Assembly: GCA_050950285.1 (NCBI GenBank)
Contig: JBMNHG010000008.1
Span: forward strand, 496,001 to 560,000
Direction of reading: 5' to 3'
Origin: Kiritimatiellia bacterium
GTDB taxonomy: Bacteria; Verrucomicrobiota; Kiritimatiellia; RFP12; JBMNHG01
Length of the DNA stretch: 64,000 nucleotides
This document shows, piece after piece, positions 27,041 to 36,524 of the stretch. The notes under the pieces were generated by a model, which was given only the letters and a program-made list of their open reading frames with translations, did no database searches and was not told the DNA's origin. Numbering within the stretch: the stretch's first letter is position 1; every line of letters begins with the position of its first letter. Both the position numbers and the translations under genes were made by a program.

Positions 27041-30000
27041 ATGAAAAACAGATCCATGTTTCGTTTTGCCGCGATCATGTTGGCCGTCACCCGCCTTCAT
27101 GCCGGGCCAGCTCCAAAAGCCTTCCCAAACGGTACGAAGGCTGTAGCATCATTCGCCACGGATGGCGATCGAGGAAAGGTTGAAAATCTGATCGACGGCG
27201 ATTCCGCCACGTCGATGAGCGGAGCGGCCGCTTCTTGCAAGGGGCCAACCGATCCTGTCTGGATCGACTTTGCGTTTCCTCGACCCGTCGCCGACCTCGT
27301 CGGCGTCGAGACCGGCAAGTCGGATCCCTTCAAGAACTATTATCCGAAGCAAGCCCAGTTCTGGGTGGATACGGACGGCAACGGCACGTTCGACACGCTC
27401 GGAGCCTCTGTCAAGTTGGGCCCGTCGGACGAATCGGCGGGTCAACACTTGTTTGCCGGGCGCATCCCCAAGGCCCATGGGCTGCGCTTCCTGGTGACCG
27501 AACAGAACCAAGCGGGCCTGAACCGCTGCTTCATGATGAACGAGATGGGGCTGCTCGTCGATCCGGCGGCCGATCCCATGGCGACGACGCCGGACGCGAA
27601 GTCCGAGGATGCCATTCTGGCGTTGAAGGCGGCGAAGGAAGCGGCGGACAAAGCGGCTGCAGAAGCGCGCCGCCGCAACGCTCCGAAGCCGCACCAGTCC
27701 ATTGTGCCCGGCTCCGAGAAGCTCCCGGGCGTGATCCTGCCCTTGCCCTCGAACACGGTCGTCCGCTGTTCCATGGGAACGGAAAAGGACGGCGGCCCTT
27801 CGGCTCTTTTTGACGGCAATCCGGAAACCGTCCTTCGCGCCGTCAGCGGGAGCTGCGGTTCGCCTTTCAGCACGGCCTCGATCTTCCTGCGCTTCCCCGA
27901 ACCCGTCGCCGACATCGGCGGCGTCGAGACGGGCAACTCGGATCCCTTCCACAACTACTATCCGGTTGAGATGGAGTTCTGGGGCGATTCGGACGGCGAC
28001 GGACGTTGCGACACGTTGCTGGGCCGCACACGCAAGCTCGGGCCTGCCGCGCAATGTGTCGGGCGCCATCGTTTCGATGCTCGGCTGCCGCTGGCGCATG
28101 GATTGGAGATCCGCGCTGTCGAACAACATGTCGGCGGAGGCAGGCGCGCTTTTCAGATGGATGAAATGCGGCTCGTGCGCGATCCGGATCTGCCAATCGC
28201 GGAAGCCACTCCGCTGAGTTACCGCGATCTTTTCTACAAGAGCGCCATGCCTGCGGGGACGACGATCTCGGCCTCCTTTGCCACGGAAGACGGGGGCGGC
28301 CCCGAGGTGTTGCTCGACAGCGACCCGACGACGTTCATGAACGCGAAGCAGGGCACTGCGAAAGCCGGGGTCCCCGCATCGCTCTTCCTGCGGTTCGCGA
28401 AACCGGTCTCCGACCTTGCCGGCATCCAGCTTGGCAATTCCGACCCGTTCAAAAACTATGTGTGGAAAGAAATGCAGGTCTGGGCCGACACGACGGGAAA
28501 CGGCGTGTATGACACGTTGGCGGCAACGCTGGAGAGCGGAGCAGGCGAACGGCGTTTCCGGAAGCCTGTGACGAAGGCATACGGACTTGAGCTGCGCGTG
28601 ACGCAGCAGTCCTTGCAGGGCACCTATCGCTGTTTCATGCTCAATGAAATCGGGGGGCTGGTCTTCAAGGACAGTGCGGGCGAAACTGAAATGCGCTACG
28701 TGGTCGAGGACTTCGAAGACCTGAGCTCTTGGCGGACCTGGGCGAACAACACGGCCCAGCCAGAAGGAGAACGTTATTACGGCAAGTACACCTATCTCGT
28801 TGGCGACTACCGCCCGGAACTCGCGAAAAGCGGCGTTGGGGTGGGGCGTGTTCGATGCTGTTTCAAGAATGGACGCAGCAGCCTGTGGGCGACTCGCGGC
28901 CGTGTGGCGGCTGAAGAAGGGATTGTCGAAGGCATTCGCTTTTGGGGCAATCCGCAAGGCTACGAGTGCTCTGTCCATTTTGAGATGGTGGACGCCAAGG
29001 GTCGGCGATTTCATACCCCGAGCGTGAAGTTGACGGGCAATGCCTGGCAGGAGTACAGCATCGACACGAGCGCGAAATCGATTCCCGCCGTGTCCGAGAT
29101 GACGTACCCCTTCGTTCTCAAACACATCTTCCTCGACACGGACAAGGGAGGCATTGGCGATGTGCTGCTCGACAACATTGCGTTCGTCGGTGCCGTCGAC
29201 CGCGGCAAGCGCGTGCGGATCCGCCCCGTTTACACCGGCTTGGGGTACGACCCCGCCAAGCCGCTGAAGATCCAGTATCGTTTGTGGAACGCGCTTGGGC
29301 GCGACGTCGTGGCTCCCCTGGAGGCGAAGCTGTTCTCCAGCTTCGACCCGAAGCACACGGCCGTCGTGGCGCAGAAAACACAGGCGGTGGCGCTCGCCCC
29401 GTATTCGGACGCCGTTGTGACCGTTGACTTTGGCGCCGTTCCCGTGGGCCACTACGAGGCGCTCCTGAGCTTGGAGGCCGAAGGGGTCTCGGCTGAACTG
29501 CGCGACCCCGTCGCCGTTTTGACCTTGAATGGCGGACGCATCAACAAGAAGCCGATGTGGTTTGGTTCGCAGCATCCGGGAGACTGGCTCGCGGATGCCG
29601 AGAACCAGTTCGTCTTCAAGCACGTCGCCGTGCCGCTCGGGCTGGATTGCTATCGAACCGGGGCACCGGACAAGGACATCATCGAGGCGGGGATGTTTTG
29701 CGCCGCCATGTTCGGCGGCGTGCCCCCCGCGTTGCGGCCAGCCGACAGGAAAGGCGACGACCGCGTCGAACCGACGGACTACGCCGCCTATGCCGAGTGG
29801 TGCAAGCGACAGGCGCGCGAGAAGTACTTGCCCTACGCCGACAAGATTCTTTCGATCGAATATTACAACGAGCCCGATTTGCCGGATTTCTGCTACCTGC
29901 CCGAGATCGACACCTACCTCAAGATGCACCGCACGTTCGCCCAGGCTTTTCGCGAGGTGATTCCCGGCATCAAGATCGGCACCGGCGGCAATACGGTGCG

Positions 30001-31621
30001 GCATGGGAAGGAGAAGAAAGACTTCAACCCGCGCATGTACACCGAACTCGCCAAGGAGGCCGATGTGGCCATCTGGCATGCACATGGGCCGTTGGAGAAC
30101 TACATCGGGCTCCAGCGCCTGGTCGAGGACTGGCTGGAGAAGGGCGGCAGACCCGGGGAGCAGATGCTGCTGGGCAATTCCGAAGCCGGGATCCCCGGAG
30201 GCGAGTCGGCCGTCGGAAGCCTCAATCAGGCGGACAACCTCGTCAAGAAGATAGGCTGGGCCAAGTCTCAGAAAAACTCCTATTTCTATGTGTGGTTTAC
30301 AACCACCGATACGTATGACCCGCAAGGCGGATACCTGAACAACGAGAATTGGGGCTTGGTCACTTGCAACCAGCGCCTCAAACCCAGCGGCCAGGCTTAC
30401 AATGAATTGATCCGCAAGCTGGCGAACACGGAGGGGCTCGGCGAGGTTGATCTCGACGAACGTCTGCAGGCTTGCGCCTATCGTCGCGACGACGGGACGC
30501 AGGTGTGGTTGGTGTGGCCTCGTGAACGCGGAGCCGTGCTGTCGTTGCGGTTTGCCGCAAGCGGCCCCGTGGTTCTCACGGATCTCTTTGGCGCTTCCCG
30601 CACGGTTGCGCCCGAGAAGGGGATCTTGCGCTTTGAAGGCAAACGGCTGGCCCTTCTATGTCGAAGCGCCGAAGGAAGGTCTCGTTCGGAGCGGCGGCCA
30701 CCCCCGGAGTTTGTGAGTTATGCCTCGGTGCTGGGCGTGCCGCCGGGTGCCGAGATATCCGTGCCGGTAACGCTTCGAAATGTCTGGGGACGCGCCGGTG
30801 ACGCTGAAGACCCGCGGCGCGTGCGCCCGGATGGTGTGGTCTTTGCCGACGGTTCAAACGAAACTTCCCGCAAATGCCGTCGAGACCGTCAACCTGGGCT
30901 GGACGCTGTCGCCAGCGGCTTCATTTGGTTCGCAAGGATGCGCCCTCTCCTCGTCAGCTCGGACGATCCGGGCGGTGGACGAAGTGCTGCCGCTGACGCT
31001 GGTCGTAGCCGAAATGGCCGCAAAGGCCGGGCCGTTCGTCATCGACGGCGTGCCGGACAAACTCCCGAACGGACGCCCCCCTCGTTCTCGATCAGGAGCG
31101 GTTCGTGCGCGAACTTGTCTCCGATCCGGACACCCTCGGTGTCGGAAGGACGCGGCCGATCTTTCGGCCAGGGCAGCCTTCGCACACGATGGGAAGGGCG
31201 TCCTATCTCTGCATCGATGTTCAAGACCAAAGCCACAACCCGGGAGAGGCGAGCGCAAAGCTGTGGGCCAAGGATAGCATTCAAGTGGCTTTTATATGCA
31301 GGCGACGCGCACACGGAAATCGGATTGACGGAAGCAGAGGGCGGCTTTGGCTGGTGTTGGATTGCACCGGACGCGGCCTATGCAAACCGCAAGATGACGA
31401 CGCCGCTTGCGGTGAAACGCACAGGGAACCATACGATCTACGAGGCGTATCTGCCGTTTGATTTTCTGGGGATCAAAGCCTATGCTCCAATGTTGCCTCT
31501 GCGCCTCGCGTTTTTGGTGAACGAAGACGATGGCCGCGGCCGCGTTCGCATTCTGCACTGGTTTGACGGCATCGCGGCGGATAAGAGCTCCGATCTCTTT
31601 GGACATCTCGTTTTGGAGTAG
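27041..31621 (+). CDS. Large secreted GH39-like hydrolase with three repeated N-terminal modules and a C-terminal CBM9-like domain (contains locally frameshifted segment)
   Basis: Signal peptide; 3x SDPF.NY...W.D..G.G..DT; YYNEPD and NSEAG motifs; YEAYLPF...FLVNEDDGRGR. 30630-31300 reads sensibly only by switching frames. Confidence 0.75.
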   Translation: MKNRSMFRFAAIMLAVTRLHAGPAPKAFPNGTKAVASFATDGDRGKVENLIDGDSATSMSGAAASCKGPTDPVWIDFAFPRPVADLVGVETGKSDPFKNYYPKQAQFWVDTDGNGTFDTLGASVKLGPSDESAGQHLFAGRIPKAHGLRFLVTEQNQAGLNRCFMMNEMGLLVDPAADPMATTPDAKSEDAILALKAAKEAADKAAAEARRRNAPKPHQSIVPGSEKLPGVILPLPSNTVVRCSMGTEKDGGPSALFDGNPETVLRAVSGSCGSPFSTASIFLRFPEPVADIGGVETGNSDPFHNYYPVEMEFWGDSDGDGRCDTLLGRTRKLGPAAQCVGRHRFDARLPLAHGLEIRAVEQHVGGGRRAFQMDEMRLVRDPDLPIAEATPLSYRDLFYKSAMPAGTTISASFATEDGGGPEVLLDSDPTTFMNAKQGTAKAGVPASLFLRFAKPVSDLAGIQLGNSDPFKNYVWKEMQVWADTTGNGVYDTLAATLESGAGERRFRKPVTKAYGLELRVTQQSLQGTYRCFMLNEIGGLVFKDSAGETEMRYVVEDFEDLSSWRTWANNTAQPEGERYYGKYTYLVGDYRPELAKSGVGVGRVRCCFKNGRSSLWATRGRVAAEEGIVEGIRFWGNPQGYECSVHFEMVDAKGRRFHTPSVKLTGNAWQEYSIDTSAKSIPAVSEMTYPFVLKHIFLDTDKGGIGDVLLDNIAFVGAVDRGKRVRIRPVYTGLGYDPAKPLKIQYRLWNALGRDVVAPLEAKLFSSFDPKHTAVVAQKTQAVALAPYSDAVVTVDFGAVPVGHYEALLSLEAEGVSAELRDPVAVLTLNGGRINKKPMWFGSQHPGDWLADAENQFVFKHVAVPLGLDCYRTGAPDKDIIEAGMFCAAMFGGVPPALRPADRKGDDRVEPTDYAAYAEWCKRQAREKYLPYADKILSIEYYNEPDLPDFCYLPEIDTYLKMHRTFAQAFREVIPGIKIGTGGNTVRHGKEKKDFNPRMYTELAKEADVAIWHAHGPLENYIGLQRLVEDWLEKGGRPGEQMLLGNSEAGIPGGESAVGSLNQADNLVKKIGWAKSQKNSYFYVWFTTTDTYDPQGGYLNNENWGLVTCNQRLKPSGQAYNELIRKLANTEGLGEVDLDERLQACAYRRDDGTQVWLVWPRERGAVLSLRFAASGPVVLTDLFGASRTVAPEKGILRFEGKRLALLCRSAEGRSRSERRPPPEFVSYASVLGVPPGAEISVPVTLRNVWGRAGDAEDPRRVRPDGVVFADGSNETSRKCRRDRQPGLDAVASGFIWFARMRPLLVSSDDPGGGRSAAADAGRSRNGRKGRAVRHRRRAGQTPERTPPSFSIRSGSCANLSPIRTPSVSEGRGRSFGQGSLRTRWEGRPISASMFKTKATTRERRAQSCGPRIAFKWLLYAGDAHTEIGLTEAEGGFGWCWIAPDAAYANRKMTTPLAVKRTGNHTIYEAYLPFDFLGIKAYAPMLPLRLAFLVNEDDGRGRVRILHWFDGIAADKSSDLFGHLVLE

Positions 31622-31649
31622 TCAGACAAGGGCTTGTCTGTTTTGGCGA

Positions 31650-31712
31650 GACGCGAGGCAGAGGCAGCCCCCTGCGTGCCACAGGGGCGCACTCCCTTCG
31701 TCTGCGTTTTTT
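31650..31712 (+). terminator. Putative intrinsic terminator after the glycan operon
   Basis: GC-rich nested hairpin (GCAGA...TCTGC around CCCCTG/CAGGGG) followed by a T-tract. Confidence 0.45.
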
Positions 31713-32095
31713 CGGGGCGCGCGATTTCGTGTACGCGAACCACTTCGCTGGGAACGGGTACGGAAACGTCTTCCACGGAATGGTGAACAGCCCCGCCGGG
31801 GACGGGCGGTCCCCAGTGCGCCCGCGAGCGCGCCCGCGAGCGCACACAGACAGCAGGGTGCAAGTCCCTGCCGCGCGCGGACGTGCATCCGCGCGTAATC
31901 GAACGCAACTGCGCCGCCGCGAGGCGGGGTGGAGAGGCAGCGGAAGGTGAACGACCGGTCCGAAGGCGACGAACTCGATTCGGCCAGTCAGGCAGGCGAG
32001 CATGCCGTGAGAATTTGCGAAGTCCAAAGCCGCCTTGGCGGCTTGCGGCTCACAACTCGATGACGGAGACGACAGATGCCTCTCCCCGTCAACCA

Positions 32096-32293
32096 TCAAC
32101 CACCCTTATCGCCGTTCCGCGAGCCGGAGAAATCCGGGGCGCGTTTACCGTCAAACGCCTTGCGCAGGCGCTTGTCGGAAGAGCTGGAACTGCGGCGGGA
32201 AGGAGAATCCAGGCCGTACTTGCGGAGCGTCTCGCGCCTGGCCGCGCGTCCCGCCTTCCACTCCTCCCAAGTGATGCGGATCTCCCTAGCCAT
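32096..32293 (-). CDS. Small basic hypothetical protein, partner of the nucleotidyltransferase
   Basis: 65 aa MAREIRITWEEWK...; GGAGG/GGAG RBS; start overlaps the end of the upstream gene. Confidence 0.55.
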   Translation of the reverse strand: MAREIRITWEEWKAGRAARRETLRKYGLDSPSRRSSSSSDKRLRKAFDGKRAPDFSGSRNGDKGG

Positions 32294-32836
32294 TCTCCAC
32301 CTCCGCCTTGAGACGCCGGAGTTCTCCCAAAATGTTGAAGCCGGGCATGGCGGCCAAACGCTCGACCTCTCCCCAATCCGTGGACGGATCATCAAGGCTG
32401 GAGGCCATCATCTGCTTGGCGGTCTTCAAGGCCTCGTCGGATGGTTGCGGGTAATAGGCCGCCAGCACCCGCTCCACCAGCGCCAATTCCCGTGGCATCA
32501 ATGTCACGGGGCCATACGGGGTCTCGATTGTCCGCATCGGAGCGTTCGACTCGTTTTCGAGAACTCCCAGCATGTCCACGAAAAGGCCGCACACCCGCCA
32601 GTTCCTGGGCCCACCCGTGGCACCGAGCCTGGCCATGATATCCTGGGCCAGCCTGAGGGGCATACGAAGTTCAAGTCGGCAGAAATCGATGTCGCCCGAC
32701 ATGTATCCACCCTCGGTGTAGAATTCAATTGCCGATCCTCCGACGATAATGAGCCGGTACCCGGCCTCGGCAAACAAGGCGGATACAAGACCGGCGAGCT
32801 TGAGCGCACGCTCAAGCAAATCGCCGGTCGAGGAGA

Positions 32837-34647
32837 CCCTGTTTTGCGGGAGATTTTTTGCGAGGGTCTCCGAAGTGCTGGAATGGAGCGGGGAAACGGC
32901 GATAATTTCCCGCTTGCTTCATCAAGGCCGTCTTGATAAAATATGCGCCCATGAGACCGAAAACCCCTACCCAATGGAAAATCCCCTACGAAATCTCCCC
33001 GGACCCCGTTCCCGGCACCGTGACCGGCCTTGGCGGCATGGCGGTGGCCTCCCGCGTCTTCCGCGGCATGGGGCTTCCCGGCGCGTGCGACGCGAACCTC
33101 GGCGCCCTGCGCCGCATCAGGCTCGGCTTCACGGCGGGCGAGTTCGTCGAGTCGGCGGCGTGCGCGCTGACGCTCGGCGCGGGATGCGTGGAGGACGTGG
33201 ACCGGCTGCGCGGGGATCCGGCGGTGTCGAAGATGCTGGGCTTCCAGGCGCCGGGCTCCCGCGCCCTTCGCGACTGGCTCGAGCGCTTCCACGACGCGGA
33301 GGCGGTGGCGCGGGCGCGGGAGCGGGCGCTCGAGCTGGACTTGAAGTCGAGCGTGCCCGAGCCCACGGAGGGGCTTCGCGGCCTGCAGGCGGTCGTGGGG
33401 GTTTCGGCGCGCGCCGCGGCGGCGCGCCAGCCCGGGGGGAGCCCCGCGGTGGCGACGGTCGACCTGGACGCGACGATCGTGGAGAGCAACAAGCGCTCGG
33501 CGACGGTCGCCTACACGGGGGAGCGGGGCTACCAGCCGGTGGTCGCGGTCTGGGCCGAGGCGGGCGTGGTGCTGGCCACCGAGTTCCGCGACGGCAACGT
33601 GCCCGCCTCCAAGGACCCCCTCCGCTGCGCGCGCCTGGCGTTCGCCGAACTCCCCCCGAGCGTGCGCGTGTTCGGCTTTCGCGGCGACAGCGCCTGCGAC
33701 AACAACGACCTGTACGGCTGGCTCGAGGATCCGGAGCGCGAGGGCGGCCCGCGGGGCAGGATCGACTACGCGATCAGCGTCCGGATGGTCCCGGAAGTGG
33801 CGGCCGCCGCGCGCCGCGTCCCCGAAGATGCGTGGAAGACGTTCGACCGCGAACCGGACGGCACGCTCAAGCAGTGGGCCGAGCTCGACTACGTCCCCGG
33901 CCTGCGCTCCGAGAACAAGCATGCGCGCCCCCGGCGCTGCATCGGGCTCCGCTTCCTCAAGCCCCAGGGCGAGCTCTTCGACGACGGGAACGACCGCAAG
34001 CACTTCGCCGTGGCGACCAACCGGGCGGAGTCGGGCGAAAAGGTCGTCGAATGGCACCGCGGGAAGGCGGGCACGGTCGAGCACGTCCACGACGAAATGA
34101 AGAACGACCTGGCGGCGGCCCGCCCGCCGAGCCAGAAGTTCGGGGCCAACGCGGCCTGGTTCGCGCTCAACGCGGTGGCCTACAACATGGCCGCCGCGCT
34201 CCGGGCGGCCGACCCGGAGCCGGAGAACCGCGTGCGGCGCGTGCGCGGCGTGCGCTTCCACGTGCTGACGGCCGGCGCGCGCCTTTCGCGGCTCAGCCGC
34301 AAGATCGTCCTGCGCTTCGCCGCCCCGAAGGAGTGGGTGAAGCGCGTCCTGGAGCTGCTCGAGGCGTTCCCCTGCCGGGTGCAGCCCACCGAATCGACGT
34401 AGCGCGAGGCAAAAGCCGGAACCGGACGGCTCCGGACGGACGGGCGACAGCCCGGCCGCGGCGGAGCCTGCCTGGATTTCGCCTGGAAGGGCGCCCGACG
34501 CCCTCCCCAAGGCTGGAAACGCCTGGAAAAGGAACAAGCAGGGCGTCGACGGAGAGCCGGCACCCTTCGATCCCCCTCCCGACAGCCGTCAAACCGTGCT
34601 CCCGGCCCTTCGAAACGCCCTCGCGCCAAATCTCCCGCAGTTTAGGG
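32837..34647 (+). mobile_element. IS1380-family insertion sequence (copy 1)
   Basis: Imperfect 20-bp TIRs CCCTGTTTTGCGGGAGATTT / AAATCTCCCGCAGTTTAGGG, flanked by direct repeat AGGAGA (32831-32836, 34648-34653). Confidence 0.9.
32951..34402 (+). CDS. IS1380-family DDE transposase
   Basis: VDLDATIVE, GYQP, FRDGNV, RGDSA, HRGKAGTVEHVHDEMKND, KFGANAAW. Confidence 0.9.
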   Translation: MRPKTPTQWKIPYEISPDPVPGTVTGLGGMAVASRVFRGMGLPGACDANLGALRRIRLGFTAGEFVESAACALTLGAGCVEDVDRLRGDPAVSKMLGFQAPGSRALRDWLERFHDAEAVARARERALELDLKSSVPEPTEGLRGLQAVVGVSARAAAARQPGGSPAVATVDLDATIVESNKRSATVAYTGERGYQPVVAVWAEAGVVLATEFRDGNVPASKDPLRCARLAFAELPPSVRVFGFRGDSACDNNDLYGWLEDPEREGGPRGRIDYAISVRMVPEVAAAARRVPEDAWKTFDREPDGTLKQWAELDYVPGLRSENKHARPRRCIGLRFLKPQGELFDDGNDRKHFAVATNRAESGEKVVEWHRGKAGTVEHVHDEMKNDLAAARPPSQKFGANAAWFALNAVAYNMAAALRAADPEPENRVRRVRGVRFHVLTAGARLSRLSRKIVLRFAAPKEWVKRVLELLEAFPCRVQPTEST

Positions 34648-34929
34648 AGGAGATGTCGGCCATGGCTTCACGAATGTTCACGGTTTTATCTTAGCATAGC
34701 TCAAATCTTCACGGCTATGGCAATCGTCTTTTCTGTCGTATCCGGCTGGCGGCAGGGGTGCGGGGCGAGTCGGGTGCGTATGGAACCGGGAGCATTGGGC
34801 GTCCCCCGCCCGCCATTCCGGATTGCGGACGAGCGGACGATCGTCCCTTGTCTTCCGGCCCCCTCTGGCGCACCTGCCTCCTGCCACCCGCCGGATGCCA
34901 CGAAACGGCGCGCCGCGATTCGGCGGTTT

Positions 34930-36369
34930 TCATGGGGAACGGGCGGACGGCGCGCCGCTTCGGAAGAACCAGAGCAGGCGGAAGGCCCCGTCCGCGTCGC
35001 GTCCGGCGAGCCCGTGGAGGACGGACCAGGCGGTGTGTCCGGGCATCCGGTTGAAGGAGACGAGCGGCCACAGCTCGCCGTGGGCTCCGCCGGTGCGGTT
35101 GCGTCCCCAGGAGAGGATCCCCCAGAGCACTTCGCCGCGCGTCCCGGCTTCGGGGTGGGAGCGCGCGGTGTAGAGCGACCAGAGCGGCGCCCAGGCGCGT
35201 TCCACGGAGGCATGGCGTCCAAGCGGATAGAGTTCCGGTACCCGCAGGAGCGATTCCCCGTTGTCGGAACGACGGAAGGAGTACAGCGGCCAGACGCGCG
35301 AGGCCGCGATCGACGCGTCGCCATCGGCGGCGGGGCCGGCCTTTCCCGGCGAAACGCCCGTGCGCGTCTCGTGGTAGACGATGGGGGCGGCGTAGGTGCG
35401 GGCGACTTTGCGGGAGGAGAGGACGGCGGTCTCGCCGCCGAAGATGGGCCATAGCGCATACCAGCGGCGGATGGCGCCATCGTCCACGTCGGTCCAGCCC
35501 ACGAAGGGCCAGAGACTGCGGCGGTGTCGGCGGGGTGAATCCTCGAACTGGATGAAGGGCCACGGGGCGTCCAGCCGCCGATAGCCGTCGCAGCCAACCG
35601 TGTGCGAGAAGAAGGGCGGCAGCACCATGCGCGTTTGCTGTCTGTCGAGATCGATCTCGCCATAGAAGGGGAAGAAGATGAATCCGGAGCCTTCGGCGCG
35701 CGGGCCACGCATCTCGAAGTCCGACCAGAAGGGCCAGCAGATGTAGCGGCGGGTCCACTCCTCGGATCCGGAGTGGTCGTTGCGTCCGTAGAAGGGGAAG
35801 AGGCTCAGATGGTCCACCTGCGCCCCCTTGCGCCGCCGGTAAATGGGCCAGAGCCAGGTTTCGCCGTCGACCCCGTTTCGCTCGAAGGCGGCATGCAGCG
35901 GGAAGAGTTCGAAGCGGGCGTAGTCGAGGGTGAGGATGTCGCGCACTTCGCCGTAGATCGGGAAGAGGGCGCAATAGTCCTCGCCTTCGTGCGTGCGGCC
36001 CTGGAAATAGAAGGGGAGAAGCCAGAAGTTCCAGCGCGAAAGCGGATCGGCCACGTCCGCATCCTCGCCAAAGGCGGGGAAGAAGCGCCAGCGCCGGGCC
36101 TGGTGCAGGCGTCGGAAGGAGCCAACCGGCCACAGCACGTCGGTTTCGGCGCGTTCCGGCTCGCCGCCGATGCCGGTCTCGCGGGCGAAGAGCGGGCGCA
36201 CGGCGAAAAGACTCCCGCCTCCGGCGGTCTCCCCCGCCTCGAAGAAGGGGGTGATGCGCCACGTGGCGTCGGCGCGGCCGGGCGCGGAAGGCGAGACGCA
36301 CCCCGCGCAAGCCAGCGCCAGGCCGGACAGCACGGCGAGACGGACCGCCTTCTGGATCGGGTTCATCAT
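34930..36369 (-). CDS. Hypothetical lipoprotein with repeated aromatic WP/FPFY motifs
   Basis: Lipobox-like LACAGC after a hydrophobic signal; many (L/W)WP(F/I/L) and FP(F/I)Y units. Confidence 0.75.
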   Translation of the reverse strand: MMNPIQKAVRLAVLSGLALACAGCVSPSAPGRADATWRITPFFEAGETAGGGSLFAVRPLFARETGIGGEPERAETDVLWPVGSFRRLHQARRWRFFPAFGEDADVADPLSRWNFWLLPFYFQGRTHEGEDYCALFPIYGEVRDILTLDYARFELFPLHAAFERNGVDGETWLWPIYRRRKGAQVDHLSLFPFYGRNDHSGSEEWTRRYICWPFWSDFEMRGPRAEGSGFIFFPFYGEIDLDRQQTRMVLPPFFSHTVGCDGYRRLDAPWPFIQFEDSPRRHRRSLWPFVGWTDVDDGAIRRWYALWPIFGGETAVLSSRKVARTYAAPIVYHETRTGVSPGKAGPAADGDASIAASRVWPLYSFRRSDNGESLLRVPELYPLGRHASVERAWAPLWSLYTARSHPEAGTRGEVLWGILSWGRNRTGGAHGELWPLVSFNRMPGHTAWSVLHGLAGRDADGAFRLLWFFRSGAPSARSP

Positions 36370-36524
36370 GGATGCCATCATAGCATATCCCCGAACGGGG
36401 CGAGTTCGGATTTGAAGCCTTTTATGGAGACGGCTTGCCTTTGGGGAACCCGCGGCCAGCCTCGCCTTTTGCAGCCTTGCGCCACCGCTTGCATCGTGCG
36501 GGGGGGCTGGCTTATACTGGATGC

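Larger units (their letters stand above)
32286..34681 (-). pseudogene. Nucleotidyltransferase-family protein interrupted by IS1380
   Basis: IIVGGSAIEFYTEGGYMSGDIDF motif. Removing the IS and one AGGAGA copy restores a 192-aa frame MNIREAMADISSTGDLLERALKLAG... Confidence 0.8.

Noticed and set aside
31720..32095. Short ORFs and a 12-bp tandem repeat (about 31818-31843) in the intergenic gap
   Set aside because: No RBS or recognisable protein, overlapping conflicting frames; the repeat is low-complexity GC. A small RNA cannot be excluded.
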